A stretch of 64,000 nucleotides of DNA from Polyangiaceae bacterium (GTDB taxonomy: Bacteria > Myxococcota_A > Polyangia > Polyangiales > Polyangiaceae): contig CBDCTZ010000014.1 of NCBI GenBank assembly GCA_965222375.1, positions 416,001 to 480,000 of the forward strand. The letters run 5' to 3'. Positions 27,518-37,516 of this stretch are shown here, piece by piece; the stretch's first letter is position 1; each line of letters opens with the position of its first letter. The notes beneath the pieces were generated by a model. That model was not told the DNA's origin. It was given only the letters and a program-made list of their open reading frames with translations, and ran no database searches. The translations under genes were made by a program, and so were the position numbers.

Positions 27518-27955
27518 CTACTGACGTTGGCGCCCTAGGATTGAAGCAACACGACCGTACTCAGCGCTCTCGATCTGCTCGAGAGAGTGCTGGACATCCT
27601 CCAACGCTCCCAACTTGCTTGTCCAGTTGCCGTCTGCAAGCTGGCGAGTGGCGTGCATCGGCGTTCCATCGATTGCGAGAATGGCGACCTTTTCGCTGCC
27701 TCGTTCTAGAGCTGCTGTCGCGCCCGACGTGTACCCAAGGGTCGCATACGCCGATTCGTAGGCGAGTATCGTGGGCTCGCGTGCGACGCCGGGTGGCCAA
27801 TATGTCACCGGGTGCCATAGATGCTGCCACCAGCGGCAGGTATCGCCAGCGGCCCATGCGAAGCAATTGTAGTGGCGTGTTGGTGGGCTCGTTATGACGC
27901 ACTGCCCGATTACCCAGCCGTCGAAGGTTTTTACCTTCCCATCGCTCATCACCAC
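27518..27955 (-). CDS. Cys/His papain-like-fold hypothetical protein (resembles DUF7689-type proteins)
   Basis: YNCFAWA, PMHATRQL, WTSKLG, EDVQH, YG motifs. Family name recalled, not searched. Confidence 0.75.
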   Translation of the reverse strand: MVMSDGKVKTFDGWVIGQCVITSPPTRHYNCFAWAAGDTCRWWQHLWHPVTYWPPGVAREPTILAYESAYATLGYTSGATAALERGSEKVAILAIDGTPMHATRQLADGNWTSKLGALEDVQHSLEQIESAEYGRVASILGRQRQ

Positions 27956-27959
27956 CCGC

Positions 27960-28424
27960 TTAGACCGGGTATCCCCGATCGCGTCCCCACGCGAGCCAGG
28001 CGTCGGCTATCGCAGTGATATCCCCGGCAGCTTCCTCCGGCACCGGATTTTCTCCTGTGATAGCCTCCAACGCCCAACCCCAGTGGTCCGGTTCTTTTGC
28101 CAGATCCTCTAGGATTAGAGGGATGACCGAACTGCCCAAGCCGATGATCTGCTGGTATTCAGATAGCATCGTCATGTCCTCAAGGAACGAAGACCCAGAC
28201 GACCCATGCGCTTTCCATCGTTCGACGAGCCTCTGAAATCTTGTTTCCACGTCGTTCCCGACTCGCAGTGGGCCAGCCGTGGTAACTGTCACCGCGTTGT
28301 TGTCCGTTATCATGGGTTCGACGGTCGCACACACCGTAGCGATAGCGGCCGCTCCCGCCGTAAACCTGATTGACTTCTCGACGTGCGATTGCGTCGCGTC
28401 GACGACAAGGCTGAAGCTATCCAC
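27960..28424 (-). CDS. Conserved hypothetical protein (YQQIIGLG...PDHW.WAL..ITGENPV...AWL.WG)
   Basis: Helical Trp-rich C-terminal domain; coupled to both neighbours (1-nt overlap, 4-nt gap). Confidence 0.75.
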   Translation of the reverse strand: MDSFSLVVDATQSHVEKSIRFTAGAAAIATVCATVEPMITDNNAVTVTTAGPLRVGNDVETRFQRLVERWKAHGSSGSSFLEDMTMLSEYQQIIGLGSSVIPLILEDLAKEPDHWGWALEAITGENPVPEEAAGDITAIADAWLAWGRDRGYPV

Positions 28425-28624
28425 TATTCCTTCTCCCTCGTGTCGACAGCAACGTTAGCGCGAACATCAAATGCCGGGACACCTGTGGGGGTTTTCTTCT
28501 CCGACGTGCGAACCTCAAATACGGCGAGTACTACAGAGAGTTCCCACTTCTTGCCGTCTTTCGTTTGCACTTCGATGACGGTGGGCTCGCCAGCCCGCAT
28601 CTTGAACGGAAGCTTCTGAGACAT
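28424..28624 (-). CDS. Small beta-rich hypothetical protein (66 aa)
   Basis: ATG 28624 preceded by GAGGGC; stop overlaps the next start (TAGTG). Confidence 0.6.
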   Translation of the reverse strand: MSQKLPFKMRAGEPTVIEVQTKDGKKWELSVVLAVFEVRTSEKKTPTGVPAFDVRANVAVDTREKE

Positions 28625-28939
28625 GCCCTCAAGCATCGTGCGCCTGGTCACCGATCGCAAGTTGCTCGTCGGGAGCCACGTCTGCCACGATTCGGCGAGG
28701 AAGACCCGGGTCAAGAGGAAGGCGAGCGGAGGGCGCCCGGACAGGCGTTCAGGCCTTTCGCTCGCTGCCCCGAGGTGTCGAACGGAGGGTCAAGCCGTGA
28801 ACACTCGCGCGAGGTGCTCCTCGGTATTCGCGCACGGATACGCCTGCAGGCGCCGCTGGCTTCGGTGAATCCGGGGTTTCGACAACGGGGAGTGCATCTG
28901 TTGGTCGACACCGCGCGCCGGGCGCGACCTTGCCGGGAT

Positions 28940-28995
28940 GCGGGCGGGAGCTCCACCGAGGTTTCGACGGGAACCAGGGCAGCTCTGTTGAAACC
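28940..28995 (-). repeat. Bipartite motif copy C (inverted)
   Basis: GCGGGCGGGAG (28940-28950), 29-nt spacer, CAGCTCTGTTG (28980-28990), AAACC. Confidence 0.85.
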
Positions 28996-29053
28996 AAACA
29001 ACCGGAGGCGATCGCTGTTGGGGATGGACGCTGCGGGCCACGGTTAGGCGGCG

Positions 29054-30274
29054 CTACGGAGCGTACTTGGGGATCAGCGCGCTCACCGCATTGTCAACGG
29101 CTGCCGGCCCGGCGCTTCCGGCTTGGTTGGTCGCGGCGAAGAAGGCTCGGTCGATTTTGGGGGCGACCCAGGTCGTGGCGTAGAACAGGGTGTTGGAGCC
29201 GTCGTGGGTCAGCACCGTGCCGCCGGCCCAGGAACGATCCGCGACGCCCCAGCCCATGGCGTAGTCGCCACCCGGGGGCGGGGCGTGCATCTTGGTGAAG
29301 GCCGCGGCCGGCAGCAGCGTGCTCTTGCCCTGTGGACCCTTGGCGTGCTCGGCGAGGAAGCGGGCCCAACTCTGCATGGAGCAGTGCACCGTGCCGGCGG
29401 GGCCGACGGCGGCCGGATTATCCGCGCCCTGGCTGTCTGGAGCGACCGGGGTGAGGGTTCCGCTTTGGTCTTTGTGGCCCCAGGGCTGATCCGTCTTGCC
29501 CGCGGACGCCGGGGGGCCGAAGCCGCAGTCGTTCATGCTCAGGGGTTGGAACAGTCGAGTTTGCATGAGCTGTTCCCAACTCTGACCTGTGGCGGCTTCG
29601 AGGGCGGCGCCTACGACCATGTAGCCTGCGTTCGAGTAGTCGAAGCTACCGATGCTGCCTGCGGGCGGTGGCGCCAGGATTTGCTCCACGAACCAGGTGC
29701 GCTGCTCGGGAAGCGGGCGCTTGTCGGTCCAAAGGGGACCCCAGATCGCCGGGGGCACGACATTGGGCAAGCCGCCGCGATGCTGCAGCAGTTGTTCCAG
29801 GGTGACGGATGCGTAGGCTGGGTCGAATTTGGATGCCAGGCTGGGAAAGGCGTCCGGGAGGGTTTGGGTCCAGCTGATGGTCTTGTCCTCGACCAGCACA
29901 GCCATGAGCGTTGCGGTCATGGCTTTGGTCTCGGAGCCGAGGTGCCAGCGGTCGTCTTGAGTGGCGAGGGTGGGATCGCCGAGTTTGCGCACGCCGGTGG
30001 TGCCGAGGGCGAGCAGATCGTTGCCACTCACGACGCCCCCGGTCAGGCCGGGAAGAGCGTGCGAGGCGCGGATGGGTTCGAGCAGGCTGCTCACATCGTC
30101 GGGCCCCACCGCGGCATCCGAGGGCGCGTCGCTGGCGGCGTCGGTGGTCGTTTGGGTGTCTGCGCCTGCGTCCGAGGCGGGTGCATTGCCCGGCGAGCTG
30201 TCGCTCGAGCAGCCCAGCGCAGACATGGCTGCGAACAGTGATGCGAAAAGGGGGGCGCAGCGCTTCACCATCAT
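29054..30274 (-). CDS. Serine hydrolase, beta-lactamase/PBP family lipoprotein
   Basis: Lipobox ALGC; SETK, YSN, HDG motifs. Confidence 0.9.
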   Translation of the reverse strand: MMVKRCAPLFASLFAAMSALGCSSDSSPGNAPASDAGADTQTTTDAASDAPSDAAVGPDDVSSLLEPIRASHALPGLTGGVVSGNDLLALGTTGVRKLGDPTLATQDDRWHLGSETKAMTATLMAVLVEDKTISWTQTLPDAFPSLASKFDPAYASVTLEQLLQHRGGLPNVVPPAIWGPLWTDKRPLPEQRTWFVEQILAPPPAGSIGSFDYSNAGYMVVGAALEAATGQSWEQLMQTRLFQPLSMNDCGFGPPASAGKTDQPWGHKDQSGTLTPVAPDSQGADNPAAVGPAGTVHCSMQSWARFLAEHAKGPQGKSTLLPAAAFTKMHAPPPGGDYAMGWGVADRSWAGGTVLTHDGSNTLFYATTWVAPKIDRAFFAATNQAGSAGPAAVDNAVSALIPKYAP

Positions 30275-30284
30275 GGGGCCACCG

Positions 30285-31484
30285 TCACTTCGACTTGATG
30301 GGCAGCAGCAGCGCTTCTTGGGCACCCGGCGGCACGGCTTCGTCGTCGTCCAGCAGGCGCAGACTGAGCTCCTTGCCGCTGCCTTCGGCAACGGCAACGC
30401 GTCGGGCGCGCATGGCTTCGAGGGGCAGGTTGGGGCTGCCGAGGGTGCCCGGAGCCAGGGTGCCGGGAGCGCTCGATACTGCGGATGCTGACGGTGCTGC
30501 TGTACTCACCGCCGCCTTGTTGCTCGCTACTTTGTCCGTGGGCTGCTCTTCGGGCAGAATCGGCACGCGACGTTCGACGGTTCGCTCGAAGTCCGTGGCG
30601 GGGCGCGGCGATAGCAGTGACGCAGGCGTTGGGGCGAGGGAAGAGGCCTGGGCCGGGCGCGCTTCGAAGGGCTTGGGTGGGCTGGGCGGTTTTGGAGCAG
30701 CGGCTGGAACAGGGGCTGCGGGCGCTTGCGCCGGCTCGGGGGGGGCCAGGGTGGGCTCGTGGGTCGGCTCCTCCTCGACTCCCGGCGCCGGCTCTTGGGT
30801 TGGCTCCGGGGCACCCGGGGAGAACCCTCGCATGTCCATGAGTTGAGTGCGGTCCTGTCGCTTCGGCACGCCGGCATTGACCACAGTGGATTCGTAGTCC
30901 TGGCTGGGAGCCGGGGGCAACGGGCGGCTCTTTCTGTCCTGGGGCTGGTGTGGCGGTGGCTCCGGGGTCGGTGGATCCAGCGCGGGTCCGACGCCGGCGC
31001 TGGTGGCGCTAGCCGACTTGGTGTCGGGGCCGACGCCGGCCTGGGTGGCGCTGCCGCCGCTTGGCACCGAGGCCTCCAAAAGCCCGGAAGTAGGCGCTTG
31101 CAGGTAGGTGATGTCGTCTGGCGCGAGCTTGTAGGGCGCGGTCCGGCTCAGCTTGGGTTTGGGCTTTGGCTCCTGCGTCTGGGATGGATCTTCGGCTGCG
31201 GCCTGGGTGGTGGAGGCGGGGGAGGAGTCGTCGACATCGGTGACCCGAGGGCGCCGCGGCAGTGGCAGATGCTCCAGCTCCTGTGCTGCCCGATCCAGAT
31301 CGTCTGCGCGCTGATGGCTGCCTTCGGCCGTTGCCGCCTGGATCGCATGGTGCACCCACTGCAGAGCTTGCTGTCGCTCGCCGCGAGACCACATTGCCGA
31401 GGCGGTCTCGCAGGCCCAACGCACGTCCGGTGAATCCTCCGGCGCCGGCGTGATGATCTGGACGACCCACTCCGCTTCGCTCAT
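30285..31484 (-). CDS. Pro-rich hypothetical protein
   Basis: Helical N-domain, long low-complexity linker, short C-domain. Start set to ATG 31484 to avoid overlapping the thiolase. Confidence 0.65.
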   Translation of the reverse strand: MSEAEWVVQIITPAPEDSPDVRWACETASAMWSRGERQQALQWVHHAIQAATAEGSHQRADDLDRAAQELEHLPLPRRPRVTDVDDSSPASTTQAAAEDPSQTQEPKPKPKLSRTAPYKLAPDDITYLQAPTSGLLEASVPSGGSATQAGVGPDTKSASATSAGVGPALDPPTPEPPPHQPQDRKSRPLPPAPSQDYESTVVNAGVPKRQDRTQLMDMRGFSPGAPEPTQEPAPGVEEEPTHEPTLAPPEPAQAPAAPVPAAAPKPPSPPKPFEARPAQASSLAPTPASLLSPRPATDFERTVERRVPILPEEQPTDKVASNKAAVSTAAPSASAVSSAPGTLAPGTLGSPNLPLEAMRARRVAVAEGSGKELSLRLLDDDEAVPPGAQEALLLPIKSK

Positions 31485-31500
31485 TTCGGCAGGCACGGTA

Positions 31501-32706
31501 TCACGCCCGCTCGAATAGCGTCGCGATGCCCTGGCCCACGCCGATGCACAGGGAACAAAGGCCGATCTTGGCAGCCTCATTTTGCGCCATGGCGCTGAGC
31601 AGCGTCGCCACGATACGCGCGCCGGATGCGCCAATCGGGTGACCGAGGGCGATGGCGCCACCCAGCTGGTTGACGCGTTCCGGATCTAGGTCCAAGCCGC
31701 GCACGCACGCCAGACTCTGAGCGGCAAAGGCTTCATTCAGCTCGATGACGTCGATGTTGGGCGACCGCAGATCAGCGCGTTTGAGAGCCTTCTTGGTCGC
31801 TGGGATGGGCCCCTCGCCCATGTAGTTTGGGTCCACGCCCGCCGTTGCCGAGGTGATCCAGCGCAGCTGGGGCGTCAACGACAGCTCTTTGACCGCGGAT
31901 TCGCTCGCCAGCAGCACGGCGGCGGAGCCGTCGTTGATGGGGCTCGAATTGCCCGCCGTGACGCTGCCCCCTTCTCGGAATACGGCCTTCAGTTTGGCGA
32001 GGGCCTCCATGTTGCTGTCTGGCCGGATGGACTCGTCGCGCTCGACTTTGAGGGCCGGCCCCTTGCGCTGGGGGATCTCCAGGCCGATGACTTCTCGTTC
32101 GAAAGCGCCCGACTCCCAAGCGGCGGCAGCCTTCTTGTGGGAACTCATGGCGAAGCGGTCCTGCTCTTCTCGCGTGATGCCGTGCTTCTTGGCCACGTTC
32201 TCGGCGGTCTCTCCCATGCCAATCAAGCCGCCCAGGCGCTTCTCGAGGGCCTTGTTGGGGTAACGCCAGCCCAAGGTGGTGTCGTAGACCTTGGGGGGTG
32301 TCCGGGGAAAGCCCTCCTCGGCCTTGGACATGGAGTAGGGGGCGCGAGTCATGCTCTCCACGCCCCCGGCGATGGCGAGATCCGCCTCACCGAGAGTGAT
32401 CATGCGTGCGGCGTCGTTGACGGCTTCGAGGCCCGAACCGCACAGGCGATTGACTGTCACCGCGGGTACTTCGTAGGGCAGGCCGGCCAGCAGCGAGGCC
32501 ATCCGAGCGACGTTGCGATTGTCCTCCCCAGCTTGATTCGTGGACCCGAAAACCACTTGGTCGATGCGCTCCGCCGCGGCTTCGTTGCGTGCACAGAGCG
32601 CGCGCACCACGTGGGCGGCGAGGTCATCCGTGCGAACCTTCGAGAGCCCGCCGCGATACTTGCCGATGGGCGAGCGAAGGGCGTCAATGACGTAAACGGT
32701 CTGCAT
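31501..32706 (-). CDS. Acetyl-CoA C-acyltransferase (thiolase, PcaF/PaaJ-like)
   Basis: [38 protein letters not shown]. Confidence 0.93.
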   Translation of the reverse strand: MQTVYVIDALRSPIGKYRGGLSKVRTDDLAAHVVRALCARNEAAAERIDQVVFGSTNQAGEDNRNVARMASLLAGLPYEVPAVTVNRLCGSGLEAVNDAARMITLGEADLAIAGGVESMTRAPYSMSKAEEGFPRTPPKVYDTTLGWRYPNKALEKRLGGLIGMGETAENVAKKHGITREEQDRFAMSSHKKAAAAWESGAFEREVIGLEIPQRKGPALKVERDESIRPDSNMEALAKLKAVFREGGSVTAGNSSPINDGSAAVLLASESAVKELSLTPQLRWITSATAGVDPNYMGEGPIPATKKALKRADLRSPNIDVIELNEAFAAQSLACVRGLDLDPERVNQLGGAIALGHPIGASGARIVATLLSAMAQNEAAKIGLCSLCIGVGQGIATLFERA

Positions 32707-32771
32707 GGCTGGAGTCTAACGGAAAACTTGTCCCCGCGCTTTTGGTGAATTTGCGTAGTACAGTTGCGCGC

Positions 32772-34187
32772 ATGCCGCCGAACCCACCCTGGGATGTGTG
32801 GCCGTACCATCGGCCAGGTTCCGCTGTTTCTTTTCCGCGCGATGAAGGCTGGCACCGGCTGTTGCCAGGGCGCATCGCTAACCCAGCGCTCAGTGACATG
32901 GAGTGGGTGTATCTGAACTCCCATGTCAAAGAACAAGGCGGTGCCGGGCGAACCTTCATCGTCTTCGCCGCCTACTTCACCCAAGGCTTGCGCTTCTTGG
33001 TGGTGCGGGCCTGGGACGCGCAGGACAAATACTTGGGTGCGTGGACGGGAACGGCCTGGGGGCTATTGCGCCCTTCGCCGGAACATCTCGATCTGACTTT
33101 CAAGCACGGTGGCGGGACGGACACCTGGAAAGCGAAGAGCAGCGCCGGCAACTTGGTCCCCTTCGCTTCGGAGCTGAGCGCCATCGACGATGCTGGCAAG
33201 TTCAAGGTGCAGCTCGCGCTGACGAATACCAAGCGCCCCTACGAGGCAGGTGGGCGCGGTTACTTGCCTTTCGGCAAGCGCGGCGCGTTCTACTACTACT
33301 CGCTCACCCGCCTCGCGGTCGCGGGCAGCTTGGAGTTGGAGAAGCTGGACGGCAGTGGAACCGAAACGGTGAATGTGAGCGGTCACGGTTGGTACGACCA
33401 CCAGTGGGGGCCGTTCTATGTGACCCCGCTGCGCAACAAGCATCGCGAGCAATACGAATGGATGTGCATTCAGCTCGATTCCGGCGACGAAATCCTGCTC
33501 ACCACAGTGTGGGAGGCCGACGGCGAAACGCCTGGATTGCCAGCCTACGGCGGCGCTGGCTTGGTTCGTGCGGATCAGACCTTTGACAAGCTGGTTGGGT
33601 CCCACCGTTGGCAGCGCAAGCGCTTCTGGCGCTCCGGCAAGCAGCACGCCGTGTATTCCGCTGAGTGGACCTTCGACGCCCCGGAGTGGAATACGAGCCT
33701 GGTGATCAAGCCGCGTTACCACGATCAACTCACGCCGCTCATCGACGACCCACCCCCGAACTTCCTCGGGACCGTGAGTCGGCTCTTCGAGGGCTGGGCC
33801 AGTTGGCTCGGCGACTTCTGGGAAGGCAGCTGCCGCGTCACAGGCACCTTCAACGGCCAGCCCGCGACGGGGCTCGCCTTCGCGGAATTGATCAAGCGCT
33901 ACGAAGACCCCCAGTTCCGAATCGAACTCGTCCGCAACGAGCCGAACCTGACAGTCCTGGGTTGGCGCGTACAGAACCCCGACGAACAAGTCCCGCTGCG
34001 CTATCGCTTCTTCCTCGAGAAAGAAGACGGCAGCCCCATCGTGGACAAAGACGGCCTGGACGTCCCCGTGATGGTTCTCGATGATCCTGCGTTGCCCAAG
34101 AACACGCCCCTGGTCGCTCGGGTGGTCGCTTCGAGCATGGACGGAACTTTGTCGGGCGTGGACGCGTTGACGCTGCAACTGCGGTAG
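32772..34187 (+). CDS. AttH/CrtC-like (lipocalin-like) hydratase/cyclase family protein
   Basis: FPRDEG.H, EWVY, YYYSLTR, GWYDHQWG, YEWMCIQL, FWEG, FAEL motifs. Confidence 0.8.
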   Translation: MPPNPPWDVWPYHRPGSAVSFPRDEGWHRLLPGRIANPALSDMEWVYLNSHVKEQGGAGRTFIVFAAYFTQGLRFLVVRAWDAQDKYLGAWTGTAWGLLRPSPEHLDLTFKHGGGTDTWKAKSSAGNLVPFASELSAIDDAGKFKVQLALTNTKRPYEAGGRGYLPFGKRGAFYYYSLTRLAVAGSLELEKLDGSGTETVNVSGHGWYDHQWGPFYVTPLRNKHREQYEWMCIQLDSGDEILLTTVWEADGETPGLPAYGGAGLVRADQTFDKLVGSHRWQRKRFWRSGKQHAVYSAEWTFDAPEWNTSLVIKPRYHDQLTPLIDDPPPNFLGTVSRLFEGWASWLGDFWEGSCRVTGTFNGQPATGLAFAELIKRYEDPQFRIELVRNEPNLTVLGWRVQNPDEQVPLRYRFFLEKEDGSPIVDKDGLDVPVMVLDDPALPKNTPLVARVVASSMDGTLSGVDALTLQLR

Positions 34188-34260
34188 TTGCGGGTCACGC
34201 CATCTTGGGTGCCCTGCGCCGCGCGCGGCGCGCTGCCAGGTCCCCGTTTCCGCTTGCGGG

Positions 34261-34812
34261 CTAGTCGTAGTCGTAGCCGTCGTCGCCGCCCTTGGCCCCG
34301 TATAGCAGGACCGTCATGGGTACGAGCACCAGGGCACTGCCCACGGCCCAGTAGAAGCCCATGCCGAGGATTGCTGGGGCGTAGAAGGCAGATACGGACA
34401 CCGCGCCCCAGCGAACGACCTTGGCGCGACGCTTCTTGTCCGCGTCGGGCGTGGCGGGATTGAACTGCGTGAACACCACGCCTGCCAAGCCGCACACGGC
34501 GCCGGCGGCGGTCACCAGGACGCGGAAGCCGAGTTCTTCGTACATGTGCGCGAAGGACTGCTTCGCAACAACCTCGTGCATGACGACCCACACGGCCACA
34601 CCGACGAGGTACAGCACCAGGTTCATCATCGTCCGCTGTACGAGTTGCTTGCGTCGCTCTCCCTCGACCTCCCAGTTGGGGATGCGAAAAAACGGAGCGC
34701 CGGGCTTGTACAGACGAAGCGCAGTCACTGCTATAGGCAGCGCCATCCAGGTCAGCATCAGCCCCAGGCTCATGAGCAGTTCGGTGGAGTCAGTGGGGAG
34801 TATCTCTTGCAT
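34261..34812 (-). CDS. Hypothetical multi-pass membrane protein
   Basis: Four to five hydrophobic segments; start at ATG 34812. Confidence 0.65.
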   Translation of the reverse strand: MQEILPTDSTELLMSLGLMLTWMALPIAVTALRLYKPGAPFFRIPNWEVEGERRKQLVQRTMMNLVLYLVGVAVWVVMHEVVAKQSFAHMYEELGFRVLVTAAGAVCGLAGVVFTQFNPATPDADKKRRAKVVRWGAVSVSAFYAPAILGMGFYWAVGSALVLVPMTVLLYGAKGGDDGYDYD

Positions 34813-34829
34813 CGCGGCTCTCGGAGAGG

Positions 34830-35279
34830 TCAGGACAGCAGGATGCCCACTAGCCAGAGCAGGAAGAAGCCGCCAATCAGGAGGAAGGCGATGGCGACGC
34901 AGCCGATGTTCACCATCAAGGCGCGGTTGTTTTTCGGTGGCGGCCCGGGCTGGGTGCCGCTGAGCCATGCGCTGCGGTGGTTTTCCAGGTGGGCTAGAAA
35001 CTGGTCTAGCGTGCTGTCCATGAACCCGAATGGGTCCGCGAGGGCCAGAATGCTCGCCTCGTAGCGCAGCGTAGACCGACCTTCGCCCGCGCCGAATATC
35101 GTGATCGTCATCTCCATGGGGTTGGTCCAGCCAAAGCCTTTGGAGAACTTGAGCGTGCCGCTGTGGGGTTCGTCCCGAAGACAGCGCCAGCTCGGGATCT
35201 GATAGCCCGAGGCTCGGGCCAGCGCGAAGGCATGCTCCGGCGCGGCGTCCATCACGATTTCGCGCTGGCGACTCGCCAC
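34830..35279 (-). CDS. Hypothetical protein with C-terminal TM helix
   Basis: Abuts the Nudix gene; one C-terminal TM segment. Confidence 0.65.
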   Translation of the reverse strand: MASRQREIVMDAAPEHAFALARASGYQIPSWRCLRDEPHSGTLKFSKGFGWTNPMEMTITIFGAGEGRSTLRYEASILALADPFGFMDSTLDQFLAHLENHRSAWLSGTQPGPPPKNNRALMVNIGCVAIAFLLIGGFFLLWLVGILLS

Positions 35280-35867
35280 TTAGCTGAAGGCCTCGAGTAG
35301 GCCAGCGGGCGCCGGCTTGGGGATCTCAATGTCGAGCTCGTGGTCGAGCATCTGGTCCCCGTCGAAGATGAACCGCCCGCGAAAGAGATTCCAGGCGAGC
35401 AGGTGCGGGAACCACAGTCGGTCATCGGCCCACATCTCGTCGAAGGGCACCTGGTCTACGGGAGACCACATGGGAATGGCCTCGTCGGTCTCTCGAGGCT
35501 GCCCGATGTGATCTTCCGCCCGGAACACGGCGCAGAACAAGCTGTAGCCATCGGTGAACTGAAAAGACAGCTCGCCCAAGCGAGTGACGTCCCGAGGCGT
35601 GACGCACAGCTCTTCCTGAACTTCACGGATGGCGGCTGCGCGTTCGGTCTCCCCCGGCGATAGACGCCCGCCTGGGCCGTTGATCTTGCCGGCGCCCAAG
35701 CCGCGCTTCTTGCGGATCAGCAGGACCTGTCCGTCGCGGATCACGAACAGGAGCGTCGCGTGATCCTTGGCAACCCAGCCGTCCCATTCGACATCGGTGA
35801 GCTTTCGCACAGCCGCGGTTTCATACACCAGCGCAGTCGAGGTCGAAAGTGCTCGCTCCCCCAGCAT
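35280..35867 (-). CDS. Nudix hydrolase (8-oxo-dGTP diphosphatase, MTH1-like)
   Basis: [15 protein letters not shown], Nudix box [27 protein letters not shown]. Start uncertain. Confidence 0.88.
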   Translation of the reverse strand: MLGERALSTSTALVYETAAVRKLTDVEWDGWVAKDHATLLFVIRDGQVLLIRKKRGLGAGKINGPGGRLSPGETERAAAIREVQEELCVTPRDVTRLGELSFQFTDGYSLFCAVFRAEDHIGQPRETDEAIPMWSPVDQVPFDEMWADDRLWFPHLLAWNLFRGRFIFDGDQMLDHELDIEIPKPAPAGLLEAFS

Positions 35868-35899
35868 TCGCATTGACCGGGCGAGCCACGACGGCAAAC

Positions 35900-37516
35900 A
35901 TGCCGGCCGTGGCAAAGAAGCGAGTTCTGATTCTGGGTGGTGGGCTTTCGGCGCTATCGGCGGGCATTCACTTGCTGCAGGAAGGCGGCGCGCAGAAGTT
36001 CGACGTCAAGATTGTGTGCATGGAGCACCGGCTAGGCGGCAAGGCCGCCAGTTGGCGCCTGCCAGACGGCCGCTACATGGAGATCGGTTTCCACGCGGTC
36101 TTCGGTTACTACCGCGCGATCCAACAACTTCTGGCTCGCGCAGGGCACCCAGTCACCAATCCTCAGTACTTCACTGAAAACGACGGCGTGCATCTGATGT
36201 ACGAGCGAAGCGCCCGAGCCGTCAATCGCCTCGACATTCCGTCGGGCCCCTTGGATGTGCCGGCGCTCTACGACAATGGCTTCGTCGGCTACGAAGGCAT
36301 GAGCTTCTTCGAAAAGGTGGCGGCGGCAAAATGGATGGCCAGCATTGGCGCCAAGCTGTTGTTCCAGCAAGTGGATCCGAAGATCGACGAGCACGCCTTC
36401 ACGGCCTACTGCGTGGAGACGGGGCTGGACATCGAACTCACGAAGAAGAGCTGGTTTCGCTACGTGCTCGACCTGGCTTTCAACTACCCCGCGCCTGGAT
36501 CTGCCTACGTTGGCCTGTACGGTTTCCAGCGGCTAATCGGACCCGACAACAGCACCGTGCACTATCTGAACGGCGGCCTTTCGGACATCATCATTCGCCC
36601 GATAACGAAGCTCTACTTGCAGCTAGGCGGCAGCCTCGAATTCTGTACCAAAGTCACGAAAATCAAGCTGGATCCGAGTAACAAACGCGTGGCGGAGCTG
36701 GCCACGAAAACCATGGCCAACGCCGCTCCCATCGCCGGTGAGCCCGATCACGTCACGCCAACGCCCATCGGTGGCAGCTACTCCCTGGACGAATACCCCG
36801 TTGGGGATCCCGCGCCCGCGGCTGGTGCGGCCGAGCAGGTGCGCGTGCTCGGCACGGACTTCGACCACGTGCTGTGCACGCTGCCCGTCGACAGCCTGCG
36901 CTCGCTGCTGCGCACGACTCCGGATTTCGAACGCGCCGTGCTGGAAGTGCCGGCCTTGCGAGGCGCCTTCAAGCTGCGCAGCGTCGCATCGCTGTCTCTG
37001 CGGGTTTGGTTCCCGCAGTCGGTGATGCCCTCGGACTACACGACCGTGGTGATGGGTGCGCCGCAGCCGGCGGCGACCATCATCGACTACAAGAATCGCG
37101 TCACGGAGCTGACTCAATCAAACTGGGGCTCAGTGGTCGAGTTCGAAGGCCAAGAAGGGCTGCATGGGGATTTCACGGATCGCGAAATCATCGCGGAGGT
37201 GCTGCACAAGTTCGAAGACCTGCCCTTCGTGGACAGCACCAAGGTCAATGTGGACGATGTCTTGAACCAAGCCGCAGGTCACAAGTGGGACTTCCGGCGC
37301 AATACGGCGCATCACATGCGCTACCTGCTGATGGAGCCCGGGCATTGGAAGTACCGCCCGGTGCAAACCGACCGTTTCTACGAAAACCTCACCCTGGCCG
37401 GGGACTGGATGAACAGCACGCAGCCTACGGCCAGCATGGAGGCCGCGACCCGCACCGGGCGCGTTGCCGCGAACACCTTGCGGGGCCTCGAGGGGCTGCC
37501 CGACGCCATCGAATGA
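35900..37516 (+). CDS. FAD-dependent oxidoreductase (carotene desaturase/amine oxidase superfamily)
   Basis: GGGLSALSAG, LGGKAASW, EIGFHAVFGYY, LAGDW, SMEAA..TG. Confidence 0.85.
   Translation: MPAVAKKRVLILGGGLSALSAGIHLLQEGGAQKFDVKIVCMEHRLGGKAASWRLPDGRYMEIGFHAVFGYYRAIQQLLARAGHPVTNPQYFTENDGVHLMYERSARAVNRLDIPSGPLDVPALYDNGFVGYEGMSFFEKVAAAKWMASIGAKLLFQQVDPKIDEHAFTAYCVETGLDIELTKKSWFRYVLDLAFNYPAPGSAYVGLYGFQRLIGPDNSTVHYLNGGLSDIIIRPITKLYLQLGGSLEFCTKVTKIKLDPSNKRVAELATKTMANAAPIAGEPDHVTPTPIGGSYSLDEYPVGDPAPAAGAAEQVRVLGTDFDHVLCTLPVDSLRSLLRTTPDFERAVLEVPALRGAFKLRSVASLSLRVWFPQSVMPSDYTTVVMGAPQPAATIIDYKNRVTELTQSNWGSVVEFEGQEGLHGDFTDREIIAEVLHKFEDLPFVDSTKVNVDDVLNQAAGHKWDFRRNTAHHMRYLLMEPGHWKYRPVQTDRFYENLTLAGDWMNSTQPTASMEAATRTGRVAANTLRGLEGLPDAIE

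Larger units (their letters stand above)
25984..28995. mobile_element. Putative non-autonomous island bounded by inverted bipartite end motifs
   Basis: CAACAGAGCTG-N29-CTCCCGCCCGC at 25990-26040 and its inverse at 28940-28990. Visibly AT-richer interior, all cargo on the minus strand, no mobility gene or target duplication seen. Confidence 0.55.
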
